Assembly (NCBI GenBank): GCA_010909165.1
Contig: VJWM01000303.1
Span: forward strand, 43,082 to 107,081
Length of the DNA stretch: 64,000 bases
Reading direction: 5' to 3'
From: Anthoceros angustus
Lineage: Eukaryota; Plantae; Anthocerotophyta
Shown here piece by piece: positions 12,698 through 25,979 of the stretch. Within the stretch, counting starts at the first letter, position 1, and each line of letters opens with the position of its first letter. Made by a program: the position numbers and the translations under genes. The notes beneath the pieces are model-generated. The model made no database searches, had not been told where the DNA came from, and saw only the letters and a list, made by a program, of their open reading frames with translations.

Positions 12698-15600
12698 TTA
12701 CTTTGCTGCATCAGTGCCAAGGAACTCCGAGTCTCCAAGGCCAAGACTTTTAACATGTTTCTCGTGGAGCTCTTTTCCTAGAGCCTTAGTCAATATGTCT
12801 GCTGGATTGTCTTGCGTTGCCACATACTCGAGGTTGATTTTACCTGCCTTGATTAGGTCTCTGATAAAATGATACTCAACCTCGATATGCTTTGTCCTTG
12901 CATGAAATACGGGTTCGAGCAAGTGACATGGAGCCCTCGGTCCTTATGAGCGTACATATGGTAATGGTATACCCATTTCGCTAAGGAGTAGTTTGCACCA
13001 AATGATCTCTTTGCAAGCCTGTAAGGACTCTATATTCACCTCGGCCGAGAGCAACTGGGCTTTCTTGCTCATCCAAGAATCGGTCCACCGCTATGCTCTG
13101 GCGTAACGACCTCTCCTGTTGTCCACGCTTCCAAAGATAGTCGAGAATCGGTGAAGACCTCAAGTTCAAGTTGCTGTCGGTGTGTGGCAATATTTTATCC
13201 TCGATGTGGTGTCCCTTCAAGTATCTAAAGACTCTTTTAATGCTTGTCCAGATTGCTCTTCCAGGTTCTCCGAACTGAGAGAGCGCTAGTAGCAAAACTT
13301 CCATACGAGTAGTGTTTGCGCATATATGAGCTTTCCAACACCTATAAGGTACGGCTAACATCCTTTCCTTCTCTTTGTTTGGGGACATTTACGCTTAGCT
13401 TGATTCCACTTGGTAGGGTGTAGCACGGCTTTGCATCCTTCAAACCTAGTTACGCACTTTCAGTATGTATCTTGGTTGTGAGTGTGATAACCTGCGTTTC
13501 TGTTCGAACATGTATACCAAGACAACTCAAGATCACCAAGGACATCTTAAACTTAGTTGCAAGCGGTCGGAATCTTTTGATAAAACTGCATCGTTACTTG
13601 ACAAGATCGTCATCTACATAGGCGCTAGGTAACGACGATGTCACCTTTCTTGTAGATGTACTGTACCATCGCTGCTTTTGGTGAAACCTAATACTAAAAG
13701 CTCAGCATCAAGTTCTGCGTTCCAAGCCATTGCGCTTCAACCCATGTCTTGATAAGTTTACATACATAATCCTCCTTTCCTTTGACTACTACATAACGGA
13801 GGTCATATATATTTCTGTCAAGCTTGCCATTCAAGAATCTGTTTTGACATCAAACATTTGCGATTCATAGTCCTTGTATTGCACATAATGCTCGTATGGT
13901 TGGCGGTTTCACAACCGGAGCGAATGTCTCCAAATAGTCCACGCACGGAACTTGTGAAAATCCACGAGCCACTAGTCTTGCCTTGTACCTATCAAGGTAC
14001 CATCAGCCTTGACTTTCAATTTGAAGACCCACTTACAAGACACCATTTTTCCGCCAGAGGTAATTTTGACAACTCCCATGTGCCGTTCTCAATCAATGAG
14101 TCATATTCGATTTTATAGCTTTCTCCCACTCCTTGTGATCAGTCGCTCAAAGCCTCGGCATAAGACCGTGGTTCTACTCGAGGTTAGTAGCGACATATGC
14201 TTTCACATGTGAAGAGGAAATACGATAATCAGGCACGATAATAATCGGAGGTCGACGCGTTCGAGTAGGGTAACGTCGAGCAAGCTCGCAAGTTCTTGTT
14301 CGTTGAGGGTCTAGATCTTGTTCAAGTTCGAGTTCAAACATAATCTTCTTCCTCGGTTGCATTCTCGACTTCATCGTGTTGCATCGCAAGTGCTTGATCC
14401 GTTGAGGAATGTGATCCTACACATCTGGCGGTGGAATTTCGTGTTCGTTCTTCTTCAACACCGATTTTCCCCTCCTGCAGGAACATTTTCATCAACAGGA
14501 GCCTGAGTACCATGATCCCGATCATAATGAGAAAGCTCAAGACTATCCTCGTCATCGGGAGCATGAACATGTGCTCCCACCAAGCCCAAGTCTTTGTTTC
14601 ATCGAACACACTGAGCATAAATGACCTTGTTAGAAGGAACATCATATAGTTTATATGCTTTTATCCCTTCCGTATCCCAACATGAGCAGCTCAGCCTTAA
14701 AGCTTGGTTCGCTCCGGTATGAAGGCATATGCAAGGCGAAACGTCCTCAAGTCTTTGGATGGATGGCTTCGTGAAAGCTTCATAAGGAGTTTTGCCTTCG
14801 ACTGTGGTGGGTAACCCTCAAGAAAGGTTGAGGTCATCAAAGCCTCGCCCGATGAGGTAAGGGCGCTTGAGCATCATGCAATGAGGAGACCATCTCCTGC
14901 TGAGATTCAAACGCCTGCCACTCCATTCTGGAGAGTGTATACCCGTGAGTTGGCTCCAATGCCTTCATCTTTACAGAATCTGGAATTCATTAGAGGTGAA
15001 TTCCCATTCTCGATCTTAGTGTCTTGAGTCTTTCTGTCCAACGTTCGTGAACTTGATGTATTCCTTGAAATAGGAGAAACATTCGCTCTTGTTCTTGAGG
15101 ATGTAGGTGGTGACAAATCTACTTTTGTCATCTGGCGTTAAGAAATAACGCCCACCACCAATGGACGCTTGAGATAAGGGTCCACACAAATCGGATGTAC
15201 AAGCTCAAGTACATCAAGCACGGTGAGGTGCTTTGTTCTTGAAGGCAGCTTGGTGTTTCTTCGACAAAACACAAGCCTCACATAAGGGTAGGAGTCAAGG
15301 GCCAATAGGTCCATCTTGATACTGGTCACTCACAATTTTTGTAGCTTTGCCATGTGAGGATGACCTAGGCGTGCATGCCACAACCGAGCCTTTCTTGTTT
15401 GTTGTGCGGATGCAAGGACGTCTTGTGTCGTGGGACTCTGCTACTGCAAATGGAGACAGATCATGGTCCAAGACCCATGCGCAAGTACCTTTCTAGGGTC
15501 AAATGCATCTATGATTCTGCTCTTGTGAACACGACATGGTATTATTGTCGGCATTCAATCTTCTAACGAGATCGTGTTTCTAGTCATCTCGGGCACATGG

Positions 15601-16706
15601 TAGACATCTTCTAACTTGAGTGTGTTTCCAGAGGAACTATTAACTCAACGTACCCGCGACCGGGTGAGACTAGAGACCTATCGTCCCTAAGGTAAACATA
15701 TTGATCGAACCGATCATGTTTTAAATTCATTCCTATCAAAGCAAATATGTGTAGCAGATTCTAAGAACCATTCCTGTTGGTTTGATTCACTTTGGAGGAA
15801 AGACAAGTGGGAAAGACAATGGACTAGCAAACTCCCTAGTCCCAAGCCAGAGCGATGGGGTATTAACCTTTTTACCACAACATTTGATTGAGCTGGTTCC
15901 CTCCTTGCGAGGAACTCCACCGCTGCACTCTTTTCCCAATGGCTGTGCTTGCACAGTTGCGAGTTCACGGCTTCTTTATTTTCTTCCGGTGAGGATCCGG
16001 AGCTACCTCCCACGAAGAGTTTCCACCACCTCCTTTGGAGAAGGGCTTCTTCCTCCTCGTCCTTGTTGTGAGGTAGGCTGTTGTTTCCTTTCTTATGGTT
16101 GGTCCTGGCTTCTTCTTGCGGCATGGAACTCACGAGTGTGAGAAGCTCATTTGCATCTCTATGCCTTGCTTTTAGCTAACAACGTAGCTTGTGTTTGAGC
16201 AGCTGTATGAGAAGTCACGAAATGTGACCATGACTCTGGAAGCGAAAGAAGGAGCCTCATCACCATCTCATCATCTCCAATGGCAACTTTGAGGCACCAC
16301 AGCCGTGAGGCTAGGGTCCTGAAGGTACTCACGTGTTTCTCCAGAGTCACCGTCCTTCATCCTTAGGTTCAAAATTCCTTAGAGCTGTCATTGCGCTTAC
16401 CATGTTCTGGGCTGCGTAGAGTTCCTTTAGGCGATTCATGATTTCGGCCAAGTATTCACCTCATGCCTCAACATCTCGGTTTGTCGCCACTGCGTATGAG
16501 GTATTTGGCTCATTGTGTAGCTAACCATTCTTCCTCTCCAAGATCCTCGTCGGTTTCACTACTTTTCCAAGAGCATGTTTGAGGAGGCCTCTCATTTCGA
16601 GAACGCCTCCATTCTTATAAGCCGATGTCAAGTCATTTCAGTTGAACTGTCCTTCTCCTTGAAGGACTCACGCTTCAAAATTATGTGTAGAGGATGTGTC
16701 ACCCAT
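12698..16706 (-). pseudogene. gag-pol: Copia-1 gag-pol polyprotein (frameshifted as assembled)
   Basis: MGDT start; LLSLPESW gag; WFLESAT protease; VLELVH..C integrase; RNase H HARTKHIEVEYHFIRD...NPADILTKAL. Confidence 0.93.
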
Positions 16707-17847
16707 TTTGGGTTCTGAACTCCTAAGAGTTTGTCCTCTGATGTTGAAGAAGCTTTCTAATGTGTCTTCTTCCGGTCACTAGCATGAACACTATCATGGG
16801 CCCGTAGCCACTATTCTCACCATCCATACATTCTACTTACAATGCGTGTTGGTTTTGTGGTTGCTCCCAGGCAGCTCTGCGTGCAGCTATGGTTTGTTCC
16901 CAAACCGCTATGCGTTATCTTAGAGTTTCTCATCTCAAACTTATTGAATGCGTAAGTGGAGCATGAAGGGCAAGAGTTAGGTGTATCAAACTTCCTTTCA
17001 TGCTTAGTTTTACTTACGTGCTTGCATGTTGTGCCTCTGAATGCCGGGTTGGCCAACAACTCTGGTTTCAGCAACATTACAAGCTTGTAATCTAAGTGTG
17101 TTAGTTTGCTCTTTCAAATCCTGCGATCAATGCTAGCCAAGCGACATGACCGAAATCGACATCTGCTTTCAACATTCCTATTGTTAGCCTCAAGACGCTG
17201 AACAATTGTGTTTACCTCTGATTGTACAACGCTTTGTTGTGAGGAAGAGCGTTGGTGTATGTTCTCGGAAGTGGTGATGTTGCACCGCTGTTGTCAATTG
17301 TGAATGTCAAGTCAAGCTCTGTTGGGAACAATTCGAGAAGTGTGTTGAAGGCTCCGCAATGTGTCTCCTTGTGCTTGATTTCGGGCAAGTTGCTCCACAG
17401 GATGCGCCCATGTAATTGATGTGCGGTTTGTCTCTCGGCATTTTCTGCGTCGATCCCTTGGATTTTGATTGTTCCTCCTAGGATTCACAGGGATTTGGTA
17501 GATGTAATTTTCCATGGCTATGTGCCACGATTGTATATATGCGAATTCCTGCATTTTCTTTCTTTATATGATTTTTACATATAATTACGCAGTGCTCTTG
17601 TGCCTCCATTGAATTGCTCAAGTAGCAACTCAATGGAAGTAGACTATCTGCGATCTTGCGTAATCTATATGAATTCATCAAAATAAAAATAGAAATAAAA
17701 CAAGAATGCACCCATTCTTTTTCTATCTTATGTTTCTTGATTTTAACTTATTTATAAAACAAGAAAACAATCAAAGAAAGCATTGTGCATATTTTCCGAT
17801 GCACAATTTCAATGTGCATTCATTTGAATGCAACCTACACTAGGTAT

Positions 17848-17858
17848 GCTCGATACCA
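17848..17858 (-). promoter_or_regulatory. Primer-binding site (initiator tRNA-Met type)
   Basis: TGGTATCGAGC immediately after the 5' LTR; canonical TGGTATCAGAGC lacking one A. Confidence 0.85.
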
Positions 17859-18117
17859 TGAAGATTTTATGGACTAATGTAGATCAATTAAACATTATAG
17901 AATAATTACATTGTTGGATCAAGAAAGAAGTAAGTTGCTTATGCATGAAAAGACAACTAAAACTAAATTTAATGAAACGTTGTATCTATTCACTTAGAGA
18001 CGTAACCCTAATGAAACGACACCATATCTAGTAAACCCTGGCTTATCATATCTTGGTAATATATGGATAACTTAAACCCCTAAATCCTAACTATGATATC
18101 AACATTGTATATCATTA
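17859..18117 (-). repeat. Copia-1 5' LTR
   Basis: Direct repeat of 11349-11607, adjacent to the PBS. Confidence 0.95.
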
Positions 18118-18126
18118 CGCGCGAGG

Positions 18127-20270
18127 GTGGTGCTTTTCCTCTCACGACCCGAAATGCGGAGCCGAGGTTTTTTTGAAGACGAAGGAGGAAGGGAGATGGC
18201 GCCTCGAGCATGGCCGAAATTCCACCATCTGGTGGCCCAACATGGACCCTTTGGAAGGTTAGAGCTGGCACCTTGTGCAGAGGCGGGCCCTGGAATTCAT
18301 GGAAAGAAATGGTGCTACGGCCCGGATTGGTGCGAGTCGCTCGCCAATTGAGAACCGGGTCGCAGAGGCGGCCGAGGGAAGGCCGCAAAATTGGGATTTG
18401 GGGCTCTTTCTGTATGGGCGAGAAGAATCGAGGGACGGGAGCCTGGTGATTGACCCCAGGAGAAAGAAGACCACAGGCTGCCACGCTCATGAAGCCTGGG
18501 GAAGTGAGGGTGAACAATGGATGGGTGACTCGCCAACTCGTGTCTGTGCAGCTGGTGGGCTTGGCCAAGTGGATTTTGTGTTTCTTGCAGAATCGAAAGA
18601 TGGACCATATGGCGGATCACTTCCTTGTCTTTCTTTATGAAGTGGTTAAGGGCACACAAATCGATTGGGGGAGGATGATTTTTGAAAGAGCCTGTGAAGA
18701 GAAGGCGAATTTGCTCTCCCCTTCCCCTCGGCCCTCCTTGATTTCACCCTTTTTGATTCATGTACTCGCGCATTCGGTGTATGAGGTTAGGAAGTATCTT
18801 CATGGTGAAATCGGTCGGAACTCAAGGTAGAGGAGGAGTGTAAGGAGGATTCGGGGAAGGATTCCGAGGTTGGGAATCGCCTCTAGAAGATTCCGGATGA
18901 AGGTGGGGAGGTTTCCAAGGGCAAGAAGCGGAGGCGGCGGCCGAGCAGTCGGCGAAAAGGAAGAAACGACCGCGGCGGAGGAGGAATCACAGCTACACCT
19001 AGGGTCACAGTGAAATCAGCGAGGCGGGTGAAGGAAGATAAAAAAGCAGTTGTCCCCTTTTGAGTGCAGGGGATGAGTCATGCCGCTCAGGAGGTTGGAG
19101 CGGATAAAGGGGTAGTGCGAGACAACCCCTAGGAGAGTAAGTTAATTCGGCAGCCAGTCCTTGTGAGCTCAAGGACATTTTTGGCGACATCTCATTGGCA
19201 AATCCGGTGAAGTGGAGAGTGACACCTTGTGTGCGAAATTGTTGTGGAGGATGGGCACGAACAGCCATTGGTCGAGAATCTGCAGGCCTGACCTCGGCCA
19301 TGGCTCGAGACTCGGGCGGACCTTCTCGACCGGTGACCATGGCTCTCACTGGGCTGAGTGTCGGGGACAACAGGAGAAGTTGCTCAAGGAAGAGGGAAGT
19401 GCAGGCGAGAACAAGGTGGCAGAGGCCATGAGCGAGGTCTTGAGCGGCCAATCTGGTACAGGGCTGAGGCCATGTCCACCCAGCAGGAGGCCTTAGTGAA
19501 TCAAGTCAAGGGGCGCCTACACGATTGAGGAGCTCAAGATGAGGTCTCACGAATCCAAGGCGGTGGACAATGGCGCCCCAGAAATTCAAGAAGGCGGAGA
19601 GATACAAGCGGGAGAGAGCGAAGCTAGGGCCGAGTCAAGAGGCGGCCAATCGAAGAAGGCGAGCACAACATGCCCGGGCGAAGCAACCCACCAGAAGCTA
19701 CCACCACGGTGGCTTAACCGCCACCGTCGGCGGAAGGAGGCAGGGTGGGGGAAGCCCTAAGCGGGAGGCTGCAGATGGGAGGCGAGACCCCTGGAACTCG
19801 AAGCGGCGGCCGGGATTGTCCACGGGAGGAGAGGATAAGGACCTCATCGGAAGGGCATGTGTATGCTAATCACGGATGAGGATGCTCATGTCCTTCGCAC
19901 GCATGGTGGCCCAGGTGCTCACTCTAAATGTGTATGTGGTTGTTGGGACGGAGGGCGAAACTACACAGTGCACATCTTGGCCGCAGGCGTTTACAGTGGT
20001 TCCTTGAATAGGGCTGGCGCCTACCTCCGCAAGTGGTCTTTGGAGGAGATGGTGAGGCGGAGGCGAGCATGGAGGAGGAAGCACGGTGTGGCTATCCGGT
20101 GAGAAGGCGGGACAGCAGGGCATAGAGGCCATAGGCGCCCGGCGTCCACGGGCGAAAGCATGAGCCGGCGGAGGCGGTGGAGGTTTTGGGAGAGAATCGC
20201 TGGATCGGAGGCATGGCTGAGAGCGAGGGGACCCCTATGGGTCAGAGGGTTAAGCAAAGAATCATGAGGC
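18127..20270 (+). pseudogene. Retroelement accessory ORF(s), same family as 1117/24126/54118; locus interrupted upstream by Copia-1
   Basis: ORF 18450-18830: VNNGW...GTQIDWGRMIFE...LISPFLIHV; downstream coiled-coil-like fragments. Confidence 0.5.
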
Positions 20271-20799
20271 GGCAGCGATTTTAGGGAGCGACATCATAGG
20301 TCCGGGTTTCTTTTCGGTTAGGGATAGGATGTTTGAGTCATGAGTCGTAGTTCGGATTGGTAGGAGCGCCGTGGTAGAGGCTACAATTTTTAGACATCGG
20401 AGAGAAGCGAGTGTCGCCGAATCATACTAGATGTATAAGAGACCCTTTGTGTCTCTCTTAATGCATAATTGTGTGAACTTCCGTGCTGACCGCGAGGTTG
20501 ATTGGAGATTGATCAAGATCGAATCGATGCACCGCCTTTCGTCACAAGAAGACCGGAAGATCCTCAAGGTGGTGAGAGCGGAGTGGCCAAGCTCCACGTC
20601 CGGGGCGTAAAGTGAACGGTGAAGGACGCCAGGCGTCGGGAAGGGGCAATTCTGCGGAAGGTGAGACGCTGGCGAGTTTAATGTGACTGCGTGTCTTTCT
20701 GCCTCCTTCCCTAAACCGCTGCTCATCATAACGTGTTCTAATTCTATAAGGGGTCCGTGAATTCGTGGTGAGGTCCTTTTGGTTTGGTGTCTTGGTGAA

Positions 20800-22540
20800 T
20801 CTCACGGGTGGTCATAATCCTCACTGCTTTTCGGGTTTTGATGAGCACACTTCCTGCCAAATGCCCCTGCTGCTTGCAATCTTGGCACAGTTTATCGAAA
20901 TCTCCATTGCCTTGCCGAGTTGGCTAAGGGCACTTTGTGACATAGTGTCCAAGGTTGCGAGATAGCAGCACAAGACGGTGCCCAATCGACATTATTTCAT
21001 CGTACCGGTGATTGCGAGCGCCTACCCCTGTGAATTCGTAAGTTGACTGCACATACGGGTACACTTGGGTCAGGTGAACCTCTGGATCAGTATGTGTCTT
21101 CCACCGGGACCTCTTCCTCCTCTTCCTCATATCCCAGCAGGTGCACTCTCGTTGTCGGACAATTAGCCTTGGAGTGACCCTGCTGCCCACACGTCGAACA
21201 GAAGAGATTAGCTCGTGGATTCGTGACAGCTCTCCGCCTCTCATATTCCTTTACCGCATTAAGATGGAATTTCTCGAATTTTGCCATCATCTCCTCCGTC
21301 TTGTTCCCTCATATCCACTTTCTTGTTTGCCTCAGCTTCCCTTCTACTTTGCTCATCTTTTTTTTTGCATCGAGCCGCCTCTTGTTTCGCCTTGCAGTTC
21401 TGTCCTCCATATTCCTTCCTTCCATCCACCTCGCCTCTCAATTTCTTCCTTTTCCTTCTGGCTCGCTCCTCGTCCGTCGACTCTTCCTCCGAGCTGTCAA
21501 TTATTTCCTCCTCCGTGGAATCCTCCGTGGATTCCTCTGAGGAGCTCCCCTCACCTGAAGAACTTTCTTCCGAGGCGGATGAAGAATCCCTCTTCTTTTT
21601 CCCCGGTCTGGCCTTCTTCCTGTCCTTCTTAGTCTTCTTCTCCTCCCTCCTCAACTTCTTCATCTCCTGCGGGTTAGATTCCTTGTAGTTCAATGCCGCC
21701 TTGATAGCTTTGCCCAAACTCTTCTCCGCTTGCAACCTCACATGTCTCCCCATCTTAGAACCCAGGCCTTTAGCAAACCACCGTATTGCCTGTAGCTCCG
21801 AATGCGGGCCACTACGATCGCGTAAGCTATGGAACCTCTCAACATAAGCTTACAAGGTTTCCTTGCTTTCCCTTTGTAACCTCTCAAGTTTGGACAACAC
21901 GTAACCCTCCACGTCAATCCCCCTAAACCTCTCACAGAAAGCGTTTTTCAATTCTTCAAAGGTGGCTGGGGGTGTGGCAACTTGAGGTACTCGCACCTGT
22001 ACCACTTCGCTGGACCTCCCCGGAGTACTCCATAGAATAGTTGAATGCGGCCGTAAATCGCTACTTCACGATTATGATGTTAACCGCTCAAAACGCTCAA
22101 GCAGAATTGGGATCCTCATACCCCTTTCCTTCTCCATACAATGGGTAAGTTTGCTTGGTGGTGACCGCCACCGACGCGGTGGTGGACATGACTATCGTGG
22201 CCGATTCGGTAGCAGTGGCTGATTCAAGACGCGTGTTCCGTGAGTCGCTTGGCGCACACACACCTAGGAGGGAGGTCAGCAAGATTGGATCAAGGCCCCT
22301 CGGCTGTGGTACCCCGTCCAAGACCAGAGATTGGGGATCTTGCTCCAACAAGATCGGACCCCTGAATCCCAATGAATCCCTTGCCCCCTTTCTCTCTCCA
22401 GCAAGTGCGTCCTCCAATTGGGTCCTCCTCAACTCCTGGTTTGCAACCCTCTTCAACCTTTCCAGGGCCTGGTGTTGTCGCTTTGCTTGAGGCTTTCCTT
22501 CCCGACTTGACTCTGGGCCCTCCGACTCAACTCGTGGCAT
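20800..22540 (-). pseudogene. gag: Ty3/gypsy gag with Ser/Glu/Lys-rich linker and up to three zinc knuckles
   Basis: PPATFEELKNAF capsid-like segment near 21950; CSTCGQQGHSKANC knuckle (ORF 21087-21290); further degenerate knuckles near 20950 and 20880. Confidence 0.85.
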
Positions 22541-22624
22541 CCATCTACCAAATTAGTTACACTCAAAAGAACTAGGCACCTAAGCTATGGTTAGTCCTTC
22601 TTATAAGCCTGACAGCAGTTTCAT

Positions 22625-22642
22625 TCCCCGGCAACGGCGCCA
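22625..22642 (-). promoter_or_regulatory. Primer-binding site complementary to tRNA-Asp (Athila-type)
   Basis: TGGCGCCGTTGCCGGGGA, 3 nt after the LTR-terminal CA. Confidence 0.9.
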
Positions 22643-22645
22643 AAA

Positions 22646-23422
22646 TGTGGAGATGGGATTTTATGCCTAAAGGCTAAAGAGGCCATTACCCTCTATCGAT
22701 GTCGCTATAGTCCTAGGATTCGATCCCAAGGGAATGGTTTTGTGTCGAGATGTTCTAAACCTATGGGTCCCAGCTCTACCTGGCTACATCCCGATCCCTA
22801 CCGTACCAACCAGGCCTACCATACTGAACCCATGCACCGGAGAGGCCCAACACCGCTAGTGAGGGTTCAGCCCATCGAAGTGGCAATAGTCTAGTACTAT
22901 TCAACCACCGTGGGCGGGCCCCACTTAATTAGACGATGCGCAAAAGCGCCGTCTGGGCTGATTTGTGGGTCACCCAACTCTCCCCGGCGTAGCCTCCGAG
23001 GGTTATATGATTTCACGCGCACACACACCCAAGGTCACACCTACCTGACCTAATCTACCTCACAAGTGAGACCGTTACCGTAATCGCCTGTCGCCCCAGC
23101 ATTAGGCACCATGACTACCATGAACCTACGGTGAGGCCTCACTCCTGGCCCGACCTCATCGATCTCATGCTCACTTCTCCCTTCTAACATTCCCCGCTTC
23201 CCCTCAGCGAAACCCACTTGATACTCCTACTACGTAATGCAAGACACTCTCCCTCGCTTTCCCTTTTTTCCAAGAACCTCCTCACCTACTCCACATGAAC
23301 ACCCCCGCTCCCTCCGCCTCCCTTCTTATAGGGCCACACAGACCCTCACCACGCCACACATACCCCACCACGGGCCACACATACCCCACCAATGTCACAC
23401 ACTTGCCACACGTGACCTTACA
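22646..23422 (-). repeat. 5' LTR of Athila/Tat-like element (family A)
   Basis: TGTAAGG...CCACA on the minus strand followed by the PBS; homolog at 89-730; outer boundary less certain. Confidence 0.75.
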
Positions 23423-24125
23423 TCAAGAACTTCCCAAGTAACAAGGAGGACTCAGTGCACGAGTCTGGAGCAGATTGGAGAGGAAACCCTAGCTAGGGCG
23501 CGTAAGGAAGAAGAAAAGGAGGCAGTACCAAGCCGCTCCTAACGGACCGAGGAGCCCTGACAATCGTGAGGTGGCGAGGAGCTGCTGCTATTTTGCGTCA
23601 AAATCCAGGGCGAGCAGGGCGCAGGACAGAGGCGCCAAGCTCCGGAAAGCATGTGATCTCCCAAGGATTGTGGAAGGAAGATCGCCAGGAGGATAATATC
23701 ACGACACCTCACCGGGACGACACCGCCCGGCCTCAAGGAAGAACCACGAAGGTTGGAGGCGTACCAATGTGAGAACTCGAAAATAAAATACAGGCTAACG
23801 TGTGTTGCAGGGCGAGTGTTGTTCCCACAACCTGAAGTGAAAGCGAGAGGAGGCACGAGGGCGCAACAAATGAGGCACACACAAAACTGGAAGGAAGGAA
23901 GGACTCATGAAGGCGCAGCATAGTCACTCAAAGTGGCGCCCTCGCGTTGAAGAAAAAGGAGGGAGGAAGTTGGTGGGAAGCAAACCAGGGCTAACCTTGA
24001 ATTTGTGTGATAGAGTTGCTTTCCACCAAGGGTGTTTGCTGAGTTGAGGCACTAGAAGCGCGAGAGAACTCGCACTTGGGAAGTAATTCACTCCCCTAGC
24101 AACATTTGGGAAGAAGAACGCCACC

Positions 24126-24870
24126 ATGCCTCGAGAAGGAAAAGGCAAGGGGAAGGAGCCACCTGCCAAGGGTTCCTCCTCAAGAGGAGGAAAAGGAAGA
24201 AGGCCGGCATGTGAGGTTGCTGCGTACCGCTGTGGCCAGAGGGGTGGAAGTCGAGATGCCCCAATTCACTTGTTTTATGGGCAGCTTCAACCCCACGATT
24301 TGGTCGATTTTGACTTAATGGGCGTAAGAAGACAACATCTGAATTGATGGGTGTATGGCAATGGCCGCCTACACCAATTTAGAATTGATTGAGGAGTGTT
24401 ACATCAACCTCCATCAATGGAGTAAGTACTTTTTTGCACGCATTGCTTTAGGAGAAACGCATCGTGACCGATCTCAGCTGCTTGGACGGTCCGAAGCATC
24501 TCGGAAGTGCTGTATGAAGGGCTTGAGGAGGAGAGAGCCCTAAATTGTTTCTCCCGAGAGGACCGAATGGGAGGAGAGGGCCCGGCTCTCCCGAAATTCC
24601 TTGCAAGAGATCCTCGACGTGGACGGGCCTGCCGACGACACCCACTTTGGCATACTTTGGCAAAGACCCTCCTGACCCCTGAGGGAAAAAAAGAGTAGAA
24701 TCCTGCTTGATTACGGCGGAGAGGTTCTGTTGGATATTCCTGATCAGTTCCAAAATGCGCACTTAGAGAGGCGGTGGGGATCCACCTCCACTGGGTACTC
24801 ACAAGAGCAAGCGCGCCGGATTGGCTTAGTGAGCGGATTAGTGCCGAAAAATGCAGGTACACCCGCGACG
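24126..24870 (+). pseudogene. Retroelement accessory ORF, truncated and abutting a gag fragment
   Basis: MPREGKGKGKEPP... and YTNLELIEE match the ORF at 54118 (KGKEVV..., YTNLELIES). Confidence 0.55.
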
Positions 24871-25714
24871 CAGTGGGACGGAAGACGCTAAGTGCGGTGA
24901 GCCCTCCAATTGGGCCGAGGAATGGGAATCTAGCTGAGTTGGGGAGAAGGGAGGAAGAAGAGACCTAAGTCATAAGAAGAGGAAAGGATTCAGCGATTGC
25001 TTCCTTGTCTTCCTCTCGCCTCCTCCCGGCCACGCCTCCATCCTCATCGGAAAGTGAGGACAAATGCTGGAACCTCCGTGAGAGAGCTCCACATCTGATT
25101 TGCGGAACGAGGAATCGAGAAAGCCCACGAGCTAATGGAAGAAGGACACCGGAGAAGGTCAAGAAGATGGCATGGGGAAGAAGCGGGCATACGACGCTGG
25201 AGAAGGCTGAGAGGAAGAGGCGGTCCACGGATGGAAAAAGGAGAAACATCCAAGGGCAGGAGGCGGAATTATGGGACAAGTGGGAGGCTCGAACAACCAG
25301 AGATTGACTGAAAGCTAGATGTCAAAGTCGGTGTGGAAGAATCAAGCTCCACGGAAGGTCTCCTCACCCCATGGTCACTGGTTGTATTGCTCAATTTGTC
25401 ATCAAACGGACTGTGGAATGTACCGCACCACGCCATGCGGTAAATCATGTGGAAACCGTCATGCCAGGGACTATTGGTATGGATGAAGCCTACCAGAGCA
25501 ACAGCCACCGAAGTCGCCACCTCAATCGATGAGGGCGACTTACCAACCGCCACACCCGCCTCGAGGTATGGATCACGACCAGAGCGCTGTGTGGCCATGG
25601 AGACCGGATTCATCACAAAGACCAATGGCGATTCCACACGGATGCTGTTATAATTGTGTAGCACCAGGTCACTACTCGAATGATTGCCCAGAACCTCAGA
25701 AGCAAGTGGGTTAT

Positions 25715-25960
25715 TGAAAAATATGAGAATTGGTGTAGATCAATTGCTATAAAATAACTACATTATTATATTTGTTAAAACAATGAGTATGTAAAACACA
25801 AGCAAAATAACTGAACTTAACCTAGGTGGGTCAATAGACACACCCCTTCATAAGGACGTAACCCTAATGAACGGGCACCTAGACTTATAATAGCTATGAA
25901 CGCATTCACACTATATATGTACCAAACTGAACCCTAATGAATTAACACTTGTTCTCATCA
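25715..25960 (-). repeat. Copia-2 3' LTR
   Basis: Direct repeat of 32515-32770; TG...CA; adjacent PPT. Confidence 0.92.
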
Positions 25961-25979
25961 CTCCCACTTGTTAATTATT

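Larger units (their letters stand above)
11349..18117 (-). mobile_element. Full-length Ty1/copia LTR retrotransposon (Copia-1)
   Basis: 259-bp LTR pair with 3 mismatches, PBS, PPT, and gag-PR-IN-RT-RH order on the minus strand. Confidence 0.95.

Noticed and set aside
23934-23946. Possible tRNA-Lys PBS (TGGCGCCC...)
   Set aside because: Only 8 nt match and no delimited LTR immediately upstream.
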